Shown one piece after another: positions 8,996 through 21,074 of a DNA stretch of 64,000 nt. Below the pieces are notes generated by a model that was not told the DNA's origin, ran no database searches, and worked only from the letters and a program-made list of their open reading frames with translations. Each line of letters starts with the position of its first letter. Within the stretch, counting starts at the first letter, position 1. Source of the DNA: Trueperaceae bacterium (GTDB lineage: Bacteria; Deinococcota; Deinococci; Deinococcales; Trueperaceae); NCBI GenBank assembly GCA_965215565.1, contig CBDCDZ010000004.1:3136001-3200000 (forward strand). The letters run 5' to 3'. Both the position numbers and the translations under genes were made by a program.

Positions 8996-9027
8996 AGAAG
9001 GGGCTGCGTCATGTCAGCCCCCTTCTT
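8996..9027. terminator. Hairpin between convergent genes
   Basis: AGAAGGGGCTG...CAGCCCCCTTCT. Confidence 0.6.
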
Positions 9028-9041
9028 ACACCGTCCGAGTT

Positions 9042-10601
9042 CTACAGCCTCGAGACCAAATCCACCCCATCCCGGACCTCTTGCACGGAGGGCGTTTTGC
9101 GCTGCCGCATGAGGTGATGGAACGCGGTCATCTCCTTGTCGCGCCCTGCCCCGGCTGCCGCTCTTATCTCACCGCCTTCGGCGTAGTAGGCGATGAATTC
9201 AGCGTTATCTACGTCGCCGTCTATAATGACCTCGTCCCAACTCTCCGCGTGACCGACGTAGCGCAGCTTGAGGTCAACCTGACCCGTCCAGAAGTAGGGG
9301 ACGCTGCCGTAAGGCTCGTCCTGACCCAACATGTTCTTCGCCGCGACGCGCCCATGCTGCGCAGCCAACCGCCAGTGCTCGATGCGTACGCGCTTACCCG
9401 AAACTGGGTCAGGATACGAGGCGATGTCGCCTGCGACGTAGAGTCCGTCCGCCACTCTAAGGTGCGCGTCCGCCAAGACGCCGCCGTCGTCCGCTAGCGG
9501 AACGCCTTCGAAGATGTCCGTCGCAGGCGACACGCCGATGCCTAACACGACGAAGTCCGCCTCCAACGTTTCCCCACTATCCAGCGTCACACCCGACACC
9601 GTCCCGTTGCCCTCGAAGCTCGACAACTTCGATTCGAGCTTGAAGTGCGTCCCCTTCTCGTCGTGTAAGCGCCGGAAGAGGTTGCCGACCTCGGGTCCGA
9701 GAATTTTGGCGAAGGGAATCTCTTCAGGGGCGACGACCGTCACATCAACCTCTTGGTCCTGGAGGCTCGAGGCGAGTTCTAAGCCGATGTAGCTCGAGCC
9801 AACGATGACCGCCTTTTGCCCCTTTTGCGCGGCTGAGAGGATCGCCCTTGCGTCATCTAGCGAGCGCAGCTTGTAGACGTTCTCAGCGTCCTCGCCCTTG
9901 AGCCCCAGGCTGTTCGGCATGCCGCCCGTCGCCACCAAAAGCGCGTCGTATTCCATCGTTTCGCCGTTCTTAAAAGTCAACGTCTTCGCGTCCGCGTCAA
10001 CCTTTGTGACCTCCGCCTCTAAACGCTCGATATCTCGCTCGTCGTAGAAGCTTTTGCTGCGCAGTTCCAGACTGGAGGGGTCCTCCGCCGCGCTCGGTCC
10101 TTTGCTGAGTTTGGTGCGGTCATAAGGTAGGTAGGACTCTTTCGAGATCATCACCAAGCGCCCGCTGTAACCCTCTTGGCGCAAAGTCTCTACCGCATTT
10201 GCGCCTGCGATACCGCCGCCTAAGATGACAAAGGTGCGCTCGTCGCTTTCGGTTAAATCAGGGGCGACCAAGGTCCGGCTGTCTTCCGCGTCACTGGGAA
10301 CCTCTACGTAGATATCGTCGCCGTCTACACGCACCTCGAAGGTGGGAAGGGAATCCAAACCGGGCGGCTCTAACTGCACACCCTCTTTGACCTCGAAGCA
10401 AGCGTGGTGCCAGGGACAAATCACTCTACCCTCGGAAATCGTTCCTTGCACGAGCGGCGCACCGTAGTGGGTGCACTTCGCGCCGACGGCGTAGAAGTCG
10501 CCGTCTACGTTAGCGAGGAGCACGTCCGTTTCCCCTACTGAAACTTGTTTCATCTCCCCGTTTTGCAAATCGTTCGTTTGGGCTACCTTTTGCTCAGCCA
10601 T
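9042..10601 (-). CDS. Rieske [2Fe-2S]-FAD-dependent oxidoreductase fusion (AIFM3/ferredoxin-reductase-like)
   Basis: Rieske ligands CTHYG and CPWH; motifs GGGIAG, ATGG, AGDIA, RIEHW, VPYFWT. Confidence 0.9.
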   Translation of the reverse strand: MAEQKVAQTNDLQNGEMKQVSVGETDVLLANVDGDFYAVGAKCTHYGAPLVQGTISEGRVICPWHHACFEVKEGVQLEPPGLDSLPTFEVRVDGDDIYVEVPSDAEDSRTLVAPDLTESDERTFVILGGGIAGANAVETLRQEGYSGRLVMISKESYLPYDRTKLSKGPSAAEDPSSLELRSKSFYDERDIERLEAEVTKVDADAKTLTFKNGETMEYDALLVATGGMPNSLGLKGEDAENVYKLRSLDDARAILSAAQKGQKAVIVGSSYIGLELASSLQDQEVDVTVVAPEEIPFAKILGPEVGNLFRRLHDEKGTHFKLESKLSSFEGNGTVSGVTLDSGETLEADFVVLGIGVSPATDIFEGVPLADDGGVLADAHLRVADGLYVAGDIASYPDPVSGKRVRIEHWRLAAQHGRVAAKNMLGQDEPYGSVPYFWTGQVDLKLRYVGHAESWDEVIIDGDVDNAEFIAYYAEGGEIRAAAGAGRDKEMTAFHHLMRQRKTPSVQEVRDGVDLVSRL

Positions 10602-10719
10602 ACCTCACCTCTTCTCTCAAATTTTGCATGGCTTTAGCTTACTCAACCTGACCCTCACAAACGCCGTACCACACCCCATTTCAGACCCGCGTCTTAAACT
10701 GGGCTCGAGCTTCCACCAC

Positions 10720-10752
10720 AAAAAAAGAGGTCAGGATAGGTCCTGACCTCTT
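10720..10752 (-). terminator. Intrinsic terminator of gyrA
   Basis: AAGAGGTCAGGA-TAGG-TCCTGACCTCTT with a U-tract on the minus strand. Confidence 0.8.
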
Positions 10753-10774
10753 CAGACATCCAAGAGGGAACGCG

Positions 10775-13207
<2,433 letters not shown>

Positions 13208-13221
13208 GGGGAACCTCCGAA

Positions 13222-13296
13222 GCAGGTATCATCTGGTCAGAAACGCGCTCAGCAAAAGAGCAACTCAAATCCTCAGAGCGTAAGGATGATACCTGC
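13222..13296. mobile_element. MITE-like repeat family A, copy 2
   Basis: Perfect 12-bp terminal IR GCAGGTATCATC...GATGATACCTGC; 75 bp; 15 nt upstream of the gyrA start. Confidence 0.65.
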
Positions 13297-13523
13297 GTTT
13301 CGTCACTCTGATTCGGTACAACAGGGCGCATTTCCAGACCTCCTCGAGAGCCGAAAACCGCCCTTCAGAACGTTTTATTCTAACATTTTGAAATAGTCTT
13401 GCAGAACTAGTACACGACACCATTATGAGCGCGCGCAAGTGTGAGGTTTTTACGTGTTGTCCGGTTTAAGCGCTACTTGGCGGAAGCTAGCCGGAGAGCA
13501 GGCTCGAGCCCGACAAGTAGCAG

Positions 13524-14468
13524 TCACCTACTCAATGTGCGCCTGAGCGCCGCGAACGTTGTGAGTTCGACGCCCTCCGCTGTTACCTTCTGCGCCACTC
13601 GAGCGTCCGTAAGAGCGGCGAGTTCTACCTCGCGCCCCTTATACCCGTCGGCCGCCTCATCCAAATACCCAGGATGGCAGACCAGTTCGGTGACGCCTGC
13701 GGGGAGTTCTCCCAAGATGCGCAGCAGCGTCTCCACCGTCGCGGTGCTGTCAAAAAAGCCGATTTCGAAGTGGTCGGGCTCCAAGGCGACGCGGTCGTAG
13801 ATATGGTTATAGCGTTGCCAAGGAAGGGTCCCTAAGAGGGGCGGCATCCAGGGCTGTGTCAAGTAGAGGCGACGCGCCGCCTCTCTCTCCAGAAGCCGAA
13901 ACGCTTCACGCCCCCCTCGGCGCATGGGCAGCGCGTGCGTCTCCGCCAGGTCGAGCATGACCTCGCGGCACACCGCGCTTAGCGAGCCCACCATCTGGTG
14001 CGAGTCGAGGTGGTCAGGTAGCGTTTCTGTAAGCGCCACGAAGCGCTCCAACTGGGCGCTAAATTCAAGCTTGACCTCGCCGGGTTGCCAGCGGCGCGAC
14101 GAGGCGATGCCGCGAGAGACGCTCACGAACTGCCCGTCACCACGCACTAGGCTCGGCACCTCTGCTGGGTCCGAAAGAGGTCTTCCGTAACTCAAGTTGA
14201 GGTGCAGCCCCACGCCTAAATGTGGCGCGTTCTGGCGGATAAGCTCGAGCCCCGCTTGTACAAACGGCATATTCGTCATCGCTGTTGTCGAGGTGACGAC
14301 GCCGCACACCGCGCTCTCCAAAATACCCCGGTTGACGCCTGGCGAGAGCCCCAAATCATCCGCGTTGACGATGAGGCGTCTCGCCGCGCTATCCGCCGTT
14401 ACAGGAGACGAACCGTCAGATGAAGAGGTTGTTGGTGCGCTCGAGCCCTCTAATCTAGTACTACCCAT
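13524..14468 (-). CDS. ChbG/YdjC family carbohydrate deacetylase
   Basis: Motifs LIVNADDLG, GLHLNL, HLDSHQ, ELVCHPG. Confidence 0.9.
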   Translation of the reverse strand: MGSTRLEGSSAPTTSSSDGSSPVTADSAARRLIVNADDLGLSPGVNRGILESAVCGVVTSTTAMTNMPFVQAGLELIRQNAPHLGVGLHLNLSYGRPLSDPAEVPSLVRGDGQFVSVSRGIASSRRWQPGEVKLEFSAQLERFVALTETLPDHLDSHQMVGSLSAVCREVMLDLAETHALPMRRGGREAFRLLEREAARRLYLTQPWMPPLLGTLPWQRYNHIYDRVALEPDHFEIGFFDSTATVETLLRILGELPAGVTELVCHPGYLDEAADGYKGREVELAALTDARVAQKVTAEGVELTTFAALRRTLSR

Positions 14469-14600
14469 CGCATTTATCTTATCAAGAGGTTGGTTTTAGA
14501 GGAGCGGAGTTGACCTCTTTGAAGCTCGATTGAGTCATACCTGCTATAGTAGAACTGTTGGACAGTCATACTTTTAGATAGCTATGCTTTGGAGGTTGTC

Positions 14601-14858
14601 ATGCCGCTCGTCCGCGTGAAACGCAAACACCAAGTGACAATTCCCGTGAAAGTACGTGAGGCGCTCGAGTTGGATGAGGGCGATTTGCTCAATGTCGAAG
14701 TGGAAGGCAACCGCATTGTGCTTACACCGCAAATCGTCACGGAGCGTGACGATATAAAAGCGGCAGTTGCTGAGGCTTTGGAGGATGTGAAAGCGGGAAG
14801 GGTTTCGCCTGCTTTTAGTTCGTCGGAAGAGTTGCAAGTTTGGCTTGACGAAGAGTAG
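14601..14858 (+). CDS. AbrB/MazE/SpoVT family DNA-binding protein (antitoxin-like)
   Basis: QVTIPVKVREALELDEGD...IVLTP; SD GGAGG. Confidence 0.85.
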   Translation: MPLVRVKRKHQVTIPVKVREALELDEGDLLNVEVEGNRIVLTPQIVTERDDIKAAVAEALEDVKAGRVSPAFSSSEELQVWLDEE

Positions 14859-14902
14859 GCGCTTGTAGAGATCGCACTAAACAGAGCTAAGTCAGCTTTT
14901 AG

Positions 14903-15394
14903 TTAATCGCGTTCAACGTAAGCGAAAACTTCAACCTCAGCGTCTTCGTTTCCAATACCGACAATGAACTTTCTATCAGGAAAGAGGTTGGTCAACTTCC
15001 ATCGCCACATCTTCTCAACTTCTCTCGCGATAGAGATGATGACTTCTTTTGAAGTGTCATAGTAGTCGGAGTCGTTCAAGCAAAAATCATTCAAATGAAC
15101 ATGATTGTACAGGTACTCAATGCCTGAAAGAGACCGACCCTCCCGTTCACATTGCGCTATATCGTCCTCGAGGTTATCCGGGATACTTCCTTCGCGTAAG
15201 ATGAGCCCCTTTACCTCTACAAACTCAGGACTAAAAAGCTCGAGGAATAAGACCATCTGATCAAAGGTTGCGTAACTACTTCGGTACACTTTGATACGCT
15301 CTTCGATAGATTCGGTAGGGGAGCCGCTATTGACAACGTACCAGCGTTGAAAAGCAGGAAGTTCCTCGAGGAGTTTGAGTTTTCTATCTATCAT
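14903..15394 (-). CDS. Hypothetical protein (AT-rich, possibly immunity-like)
   Basis: Clean acidic 163-aa ORF directly after asd; function not recognised. Confidence 0.7.
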   Translation of the reverse strand: MIDRKLKLLEELPAFQRWYVVNSGSPTESIEERIKVYRSSYATFDQMVLFLELFSPEFVEVKGLILREGSIPDNLEDDIAQCEREGRSLSGIEYLYNHVHLNDFCLNDSDYYDTSKEVIISIAREVEKMWRWKLTNLFPDRKFIVGIGNEDAEVEVFAYVERD

Positions 15395-15406
15395 TGAGCT
15401 AGAGAA

Positions 15407-16411
15407 TTAGAGCGCCCCTTGCGCGTGCAGATACTCGCCAATCTGCACCGCGTTCAAAGCCGCCCCCTTGCGAATCTGATCGCCTGCGACAAAGAGCGCA
15501 ATCCCGCCGGGGTTGCTCACATCTTCGCGGATGCGCCCGACTAAAACCTCGTCGCGCTCGCTCGCCTCTAAAGGCATCGGGAAGTGGTTGTTCGCGCGGT
15601 CATCCACGACTTTGAGCCCGGCGGCGCGGCACAAGGTCTCTCGCGCCTCCGCTTCGCTCACCGGGCGCGAAAACTCCGCGTGAATCGCCTCGCTGTGAGC
15701 GCGAAAGACGGGCACGCGCACACAGGTGGCGCTGATACGCAAATCACTGTTGGAGAGGATTTTTTGGGACTCGAGCGTCAGTTTACGCTCCTCGACGTTG
15801 TAGCCGTCCTCGCCTATATCGCTGTCATGCGAGAAGAGGTTGAAGGCGATGGGATGCTGGAACTTCTTGGGTTCCACGCTCTCACCCGCTAGCGCGCCTC
15901 TTGTCTGCGATTCAAGCTCGTCAAACCCTGCTGCTCCCGCGCCCGACACGGCTTGATAGGTGGCAACCGTCGCCCGTTTCAAACCGAACGCGCGGTGCAG
16001 CGGCGCAAGCGCCATCAGCGCGATAATCGTCGAGCAGTTCGGGTTGGCAATCACACCTCGGTGCTTTAAAGCGGCGTCCCCGTTGATTTCCGGGATGACC
16101 AAAGGTGCACGCTCGTCCATGCGCCACGCGCTGGTGTTGTCGATGACAACTGCGCCGTGCTCCGCCCAGTTCCAAGCGTGCGCTTTGGAGATGCTGCCGC
16201 CCGCCGAAGAGAAGACTACGTCCGCGTCCAAGTTGCCATCTTCCGGGAGCGCCTGCACTGTCACCTCTCGCCCCGCGAACGTCACCGTTTTCCCTGCCGA
16301 ACGCGGCGAAGCGTAAAGCCCCAGTTCCGTGATCGGAAAGCTCCGCTCGGCTAAAAGGTTCAAAAACTCCTGTCCAACGGCTCCGGTGGCTCCGGCAATG
16401 GCTACGCGCAT
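15407..16411 (-). CDS. asd: Aspartate-semialdehyde dehydrogenase
   Basis: Motifs GATGAVG, IANPNCST, TYQAVSGAG, ATCVRVPV, RKGAALNAVQ; SD GGAGG before ATG at 16411. Confidence 0.96.
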   Translation of the reverse strand: MRVAIAGATGAVGQEFLNLLAERSFPITELGLYASPRSAGKTVTFAGREVTVQALPEDGNLDADVVFSSAGGSISKAHAWNWAEHGAVVIDNTSAWRMDERAPLVIPEINGDAALKHRGVIANPNCSTIIALMALAPLHRAFGLKRATVATYQAVSGAGAAGFDELESQTRGALAGESVEPKKFQHPIAFNLFSHDSDIGEDGYNVEERKLTLESQKILSNSDLRISATCVRVPVFRAHSEAIHAEFSRPVSEAEARETLCRAAGLKVVDDRANNHFPMPLEASERDEVLVGRIREDVSNPGGIALFVAGDQIRKGAALNAVQIGEYLHAQGAL

Positions 16412-16672
16412 GGTGCACTCCTCCAAATCGGTGAGCGGAACAAGGTCCGCAAGTTCAGCATAAACTATCATGGGGTCAGGTGTTTGCACTGAGGTATCCT
16501 TCATGCTGTATGGAAAGAGCAATGAGTTGAAAACAATCCAGTCGAGCTGGTGGCTTTAGCTTCCGCAGGAACGAACGGTGAGCAATGAGTCTAAGGGATT
16601 TCACTCATTGCTCATTGCTTCTCAGTAGAGACTACCTTCCGCTAGCAATCCGCTTATTTTGAAAGGACCATC

Positions 16673-17227
16673 ATGAAACGCATCGCTATCGACATGGACG
16701 AAGTCACCGCTGACACCTTTGGTGGACGCATCAAGCGCTACAACGAGGTGTTCGAGACCACGCTCGAGCCGAGCGATTTCACGGGTAAGCGCGTCTTCGA
16801 CGTCATCCCCGAAGAGCGCCGTGACCTCATGAAACTGCACATGCGCGAGCCTGGTTTTTTCACCTCTTTGGCGGTGATGGAGGGGGCGCAAGAGGTCATC
16901 CGTGAGCTTGCTGAACACTACGAGGTCTTTTTTGTCACGGCGGCGATGGAGGTGCCTACCTCTTTAAGTGAAAAGTTCATCTGGCTGCGCACCCACTTCC
17001 CCTTTATCGACCCGATGAACTACGTGTTTTGCGGTCACAAGTTCGTCATCGCGGCGGACTACCTCATCGACGACCACGCGCGGCACTTCGAAACCTTTCC
17101 GGGCGAGGGCATCCTCTTTAGCGCGCCGCACAATGCGGATCAGCGGGCGAACGAAGAGGGGCATCAGCGCGTCCGCTCGTGGGTAGAGGTGCGCGAGCTA
17201 TTTATGAATGAGCTAAAAGCGAGTTAG
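16673..17227 (+). CDS. 5'(3')-deoxyribonucleotidase (NT5C, HAD fold)
   Basis: Motifs IAIDMDEV, EKFIWL..HFPFI, FCGHK, DYLIDD, APHN. Confidence 0.88.
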   Translation: MKRIAIDMDEVTADTFGGRIKRYNEVFETTLEPSDFTGKRVFDVIPEERRDLMKLHMREPGFFTSLAVMEGAQEVIRELAEHYEVFFVTAAMEVPTSLSEKFIWLRTHFPFIDPMNYVFCGHKFVIAADYLIDDHARHFETFPGEGILFSAPHNADQRANEEGHQRVRSWVEVRELFMNELKAS

Positions 17228-17235
17228 AGTAGCGT

Positions 17236-17496
17236 ATGACTGACTGGATTGATTGGGGAAAGCTCGAGCAAACTATCCCCCTGGACTCCCTCCCCCGCTT
17301 CCACCGCGACTTCTTGAAACTCACCCGCCCCGAAGGGGATTGGGAGGCGGCTCCCCTGCGGCAGATTCAGGGGAAGGTGCAAGCGAGCTTGAAGAGGTTG
17401 GAGCGCGAGGGCAGGGCGAAGACGGAAGGAGATACGCTCTTTGTGGTGAAAGAGGTCATTCCCAAGGATTTTCAGCACTACGTTGACGCGCTTTGA
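17236..17496 (+). CDS. Hypothetical protein (86 aa)
   Basis: Host-like codon use; TAGAGT 5 nt before ATG. Confidence 0.7.
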   Translation: MTDWIDWGKLEQTIPLDSLPRFHRDFLKLTRPEGDWEAAPLRQIQGKVQASLKRLEREGRAKTEGDTLFVVKEVIPKDFQHYVDAL

Positions 17497-17538
17497 TACG
17501 GAATACTTCTCTCGATATTCAAAAGGCTAAAAAATATT

Positions 17539-18339
17539 GTGGTAAATATTAACCTTTCGTTACCAGAGATTGTCTGTATTCAAATTCCGTTTGGGAATCA
17601 CCGAAACATAGCTAAAGTTTTGAGTCATGTTTCTGAAAATGAGTCTGCTACTATAAAAACTAATCTTGGTCAGATAGTCGTTGAACTGAGTCAAAACGAA
17701 TTCTTAGTTGACTCGAATAACGCGGCAGAACTTGTTCTTAAACTTCCAGACAAAGAACTGAAGTACCTCATTCAACTTCTATATGAGCTTGTTCGTGAAG
17801 CTTCAACTATTTACCTTGATTACAGCTTTGAAAGCACCGGCGCTGATATAACGCCGCCCGAAATAAGAGACGTTGTTATAGAAACAACTGAACTAACTTC
17901 CACACGACCTCTTTTCATCGTTAACGTCGAAGGGGCAATCGTGCGCGGCGGGCGCTACCTCATGATTTTAAGAGGTCAAGGTGAAAGCCACGCGCCGGGG
18001 ACGCTGTCTATGCCTGGGGGCAAGGTTGAATTAGATGAAATCGGGGGCAATGTGCTCGAGACCGCTCTAAAACGTGAGATTCGAGAAGAGGTGGGGCTCG
18101 AGCTTGCCTCTATTCACTACCTCGAGAGCAAATCCTTCGTCGCAGATGACGGCGAGCCGGTGGTGGATATCGTCTTTCTTTGCGCTTGCGAAGAGGGTGA
18201 GCCTATTATCGGAGACCCCGAAGAGGTCGCGACACTCTACTGGCTCACGGCGCAAGAGGTCTACGCGCATCCCAAAACACCCCCTTGGATTCGGCAAAGC
18301 ATTCAAAGAGCTGAAGAGGTGCGGGTGTCGGGGCGATGA
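17539..18339 (+). CDS. NUDIX hydrolase with unusual AT-rich N-terminal extension
   Basis: Nudix box GGKVE...ALKREIREEVGL; overlaps the proB start; true start uncertain. Confidence 0.8.
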   Translation: MVNINLSLPEIVCIQIPFGNHRNIAKVLSHVSENESATIKTNLGQIVVELSQNEFLVDSNNAAELVLKLPDKELKYLIQLLYELVREASTIYLDYSFESTGADITPPEIRDVVIETTELTSTRPLFIVNVEGAIVRGGRYLMILRGQGESHAPGTLSMPGGKVELDEIGGNVLETALKREIREEVGLELASIHYLESKSFVADDGEPVVDIVFLCACEEGEPIIGDPEEVATLYWLTAQEVYAHPKTPPWIRQSIQRAEEVRVSGR

Positions 18340-19421
18340 AAGGGTGGAAGAGGATTGTGGTGAAGGTGGGCTCGAGTTCCATCACGGACGACTCGGGGCG
18401 CATCCACCCGCCGTCGATGTGGGCGATTGCGCGGGGGATGCAGGTGGTCCAGGAGGCGTTTTCGTGCAGGGGCATCCTCGTCTCGTCGGGCGCGGGCGCG
18501 GCGGGGCGCGAGCAGCTCGGGCTGTCGCTGCCGCTCACCTTGCCGGATAAGCAAGCGGCGGCGGCGGTGGGGCAGACGCTGCTGATGCTCGACTGGGCGC
18601 GGGCGTTAGCGCCGCTACCTGTCGCCCAACTCCTCCTCACCGCGTCGGACGTGCAGGACAGGGAGCGCTACGTGAACGCGAAGAATGCGCTAGAAGCCTC
18701 CCTCAAGCTCGGCGCGGTGCCGATTATCAACGAGAACGACTCGGTGGCAACCTCAGAAATCAAGCTGGGCGACAACGACACCCTTTCCGCTTGGGCGGCG
18801 TATTTAGTCGGCGCGGACGCGCTGATTATCCTCACGGATGTCGAAGGTCTCTTTGATTCTGATCCGCGCACGAATTTAGCGGCGAAGCGTTTAGAGATCG
18901 TCGAGGACGTGAAAGAGGTGAGTCACTTAGCGGGCAAAGCGGGCTCGAGCCGAGGCACGGGCGGCATGGTCACGAAGCTGCGCGCGGCGAGGATTGCAAC
19001 TGAGGCGGGTATCGAAACGCTCATTATCGGCGGGGGCGGCGCGGCGCTAGAGGCGCTAGCGAGAGGTGAGGTGCGCGGCACGCGCTTTCTCGCGCAGGCG
19101 CATCCGCCCGCGCGCAAAGCGTGGTTGGCGCAGCAGCCCACGAAAGGGCGCATCACCGTGGACGCGGGCGCGGCGCGTGCGCTCAAGGCGGGGCGAAGTC
19201 TGTTGCCGAGCGGAATCACCGAAGTGTCGGGAGCGTTTAGTTTCGGTGACGCCGTCTCAGTCGAGCACGAGGGACAACCTCTTGCGAGGGGGTTGGCGAA
19301 CTACTCAGGGTCCTCGTTGCAAAAAATCAAAGGAAGACAGACGCGCGACATCGCGTCGGTTTTGGGCTACAAGGATTACGACGAGGTCATCCACCGCGAC
19401 AACTTAGTGCTCACCAGCTAA
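18336..19421 (+). CDS. proB: Glutamate 5-kinase
   Basis: Motifs VVKVGSS, QAAAAVGQ, PIINENDSV, GDNDTLSA, GTGGMVTK; C-terminal PUA domain. Confidence 0.96.
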   Translation: MKGWKRIVVKVGSSSITDDSGRIHPPSMWAIARGMQVVQEAFSCRGILVSSGAGAAGREQLGLSLPLTLPDKQAAAAVGQTLLMLDWARALAPLPVAQLLLTASDVQDRERYVNAKNALEASLKLGAVPIINENDSVATSEIKLGDNDTLSAWAAYLVGADALIILTDVEGLFDSDPRTNLAAKRLEIVEDVKEVSHLAGKAGSSRGTGGMVTKLRAARIATEAGIETLIIGGGGAALEALARGEVRGTRFLAQAHPPARKAWLAQQPTKGRITVDAGAARALKAGRSLLPSGITEVSGAFSFGDAVSVEHEGQPLARGLANYSGSSLQKIKGRQTRDIASVLGYKDYDEVIHRDNLVLTS

Positions 19422-19592
19422 GGGCATATCTTTGACCCCGCCTCCCGGTGGAGCTTCGTAAGGCTAGATAGCGTACACACAGTAGCGCCGTGAGCTTCCC
19501 CTACTTGCTTCTTACTTTTTGCTTCTTGCTTCTCACTTCCCCATCCAGCCCCATGAATCTCAGCTTCGAAGAACACGAAACATCGACAGAAT

Positions 19593-21074
19593 TTATGATT
19601 CCGCTTGCAGCTTAAAGCTGAAGACCGTCCCCTGACCCAGCGTGCTGCGCACCTCGAAGTGGCTGCCGTGCAGCTCGAGGATGCGTTTCGCAATCGCTAA
19701 GCCCAAGCCCGCCCCGGAGCCCTCGGAGCGCCCCGCGTGTCCTTTAGGCGGGCGGTAGTAGCGCTCGAAGATGCGCGGCAGGTCCTCCGCCGCGATGCCT
19801 TCGCCCGTGTCAGTGACACAGGTTTGGACGAAATCGCCCACGGCGCTCTCGACTGACTCGAGGCTCAGCGCCACCGCGCCGCCAGCGGGCGTATGCCGGA
19901 CCGCGTTATCGAGCAGGTTGGCGAGCACGCGCTCCAAGAGCGCCACGTCGCCCCGGACGAGCACGTCGCGTTCGGGCTCGAACTCGAGCCGCACCCCCTT
20001 AGCTTCGGCTTGGAGTCTGAACTCCGCGAGCACGTCCTGGGCGAGTTCGGCCAACGAGAAGGGCTCGGGTTGCGGCGTGACTTGCCCCGCGTCCAGCTTG
20101 GCGAGTTCGAACAGTTCGTGGATGAGCACGCCTAAGCGCTCGCTCTGCCGCAAGGCTATCCCTAAGAAGTGCTCCTGCTCGGCGAGGGTGAGCGTGCCGT
20201 TTTTGAGTTGCAGCGTTTCCAGATATCCCCTTAAAGAGGTCAGCGGTGTTCTCAGGTCATGCGAGACGTTGGTGATGAGTTCGCGGCGCTGCGCGTCCAC
20301 CTCCCTGAGTTCGCGCAGTTGCGCCTCGATGGTGCGGGTCATCTGGTGAAACACGTTGCCGAGCCGGTCCACCTCGTCGCTCATGAGGCCGGGGGGCGCA
20401 GCCGCTATGCTCAAGGCGTCGCCGGGGCGGTAGCGCTCCACTGCCTGTGTAAGCCGCCGCAAGCGCCGCGTCAAGAAGAAAAAGAGAGCGATGCCGAGCA
20501 GAAAGGTGACGGCGCAGACTAGCGCGGTGCTCCAGAGGGCGAGGCGGGCGGCGAGACTGCCCTGCGATATCTGCCCTACCACTTCCAACGGGGTGACGCT
20601 CGCGTCACGCTGCAGCGCAAGGTAGAGGTAGGCGCTCGGTGTGGGTGTGTCGGGCAGGGGCGCGGCGGAGAAGACGATGCGTCCGTCCGTCCTTTTGGGG
20701 TCATCGCCGTAAATGGGCAGCGGCGCGCCGCTCAGAAAAGCGTGAATGGGCTCCAACCCGAGCCTCGAGCGTGCTAAGTCGCTGCTCGAGGAGGTGATGA
20801 TGTCCCCGTCCGGGCTCACTAAGTACGCCTCGATGTCGGGGTTTAGGCGCACCAACTCCTTGAAGCATTCCATGAGCGCCTCGTCGCTCGTTTTGCCGTC
20901 TAACATGAGGAGCGCGGAGCGCGCGACGTTGTCGGCGAGCGCGGCGTTCGCCTGCTGGCGCACCTCTAGATCGTGGGCGCGCAAGAGCCACGTCGTCAAG
21001 CCGATAAAGAGCACCGCGAGCACGAGCAGCAGCGCGAAGAGCGCCAGCGCGAGCTTGCCGTGCAGGTTAAGCAT
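19593..21074 (-). CDS. Two-component sensor histidine kinase (HAMP-HisKA-HATPase)
   Basis: Motifs SHDLRTPL, NLLDNA, DTGEGI, GAGLGLAI; two TM segments. Confidence 0.93.
   Translation of the reverse strand: MLNLHGKLALALFALLLVLAVLFIGLTTWLLRAHDLEVRQQANAALADNVARSALLMLDGKTSDEALMECFKELVRLNPDIEAYLVSPDGDIITSSSSDLARSRLGLEPIHAFLSGAPLPIYGDDPKRTDGRIVFSAAPLPDTPTPSAYLYLALQRDASVTPLEVVGQISQGSLAARLALWSTALVCAVTFLLGIALFFFLTRRLRRLTQAVERYRPGDALSIAAAPPGLMSDEVDRLGNVFHQMTRTIEAQLRELREVDAQRRELITNVSHDLRTPLTSLRGYLETLQLKNGTLTLAEQEHFLGIALRQSERLGVLIHELFELAKLDAGQVTPQPEPFSLAELAQDVLAEFRLQAEAKGVRLEFEPERDVLVRGDVALLERVLANLLDNAVRHTPAGGAVALSLESVESAVGDFVQTCVTDTGEGIAAEDLPRIFERYYRPPKGHAGRSEGSGAGLGLAIAKRILELHGSHFEVRSTLGQGTVFSFKLQAES

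Noticed and set aside
13300..13520. RDRM (DdrO) site upstream of gyrA
   Set aside because: No 17-bp palindrome with correct spacing found by eye.
14479..14520. SAM-I riboswitch (TTATCAAGAG)
   Set aside because: Lacks the GAGGGA/GGCCC/GCAACC core; it is only an AAGAGGT...ACCTCTT hairpin.
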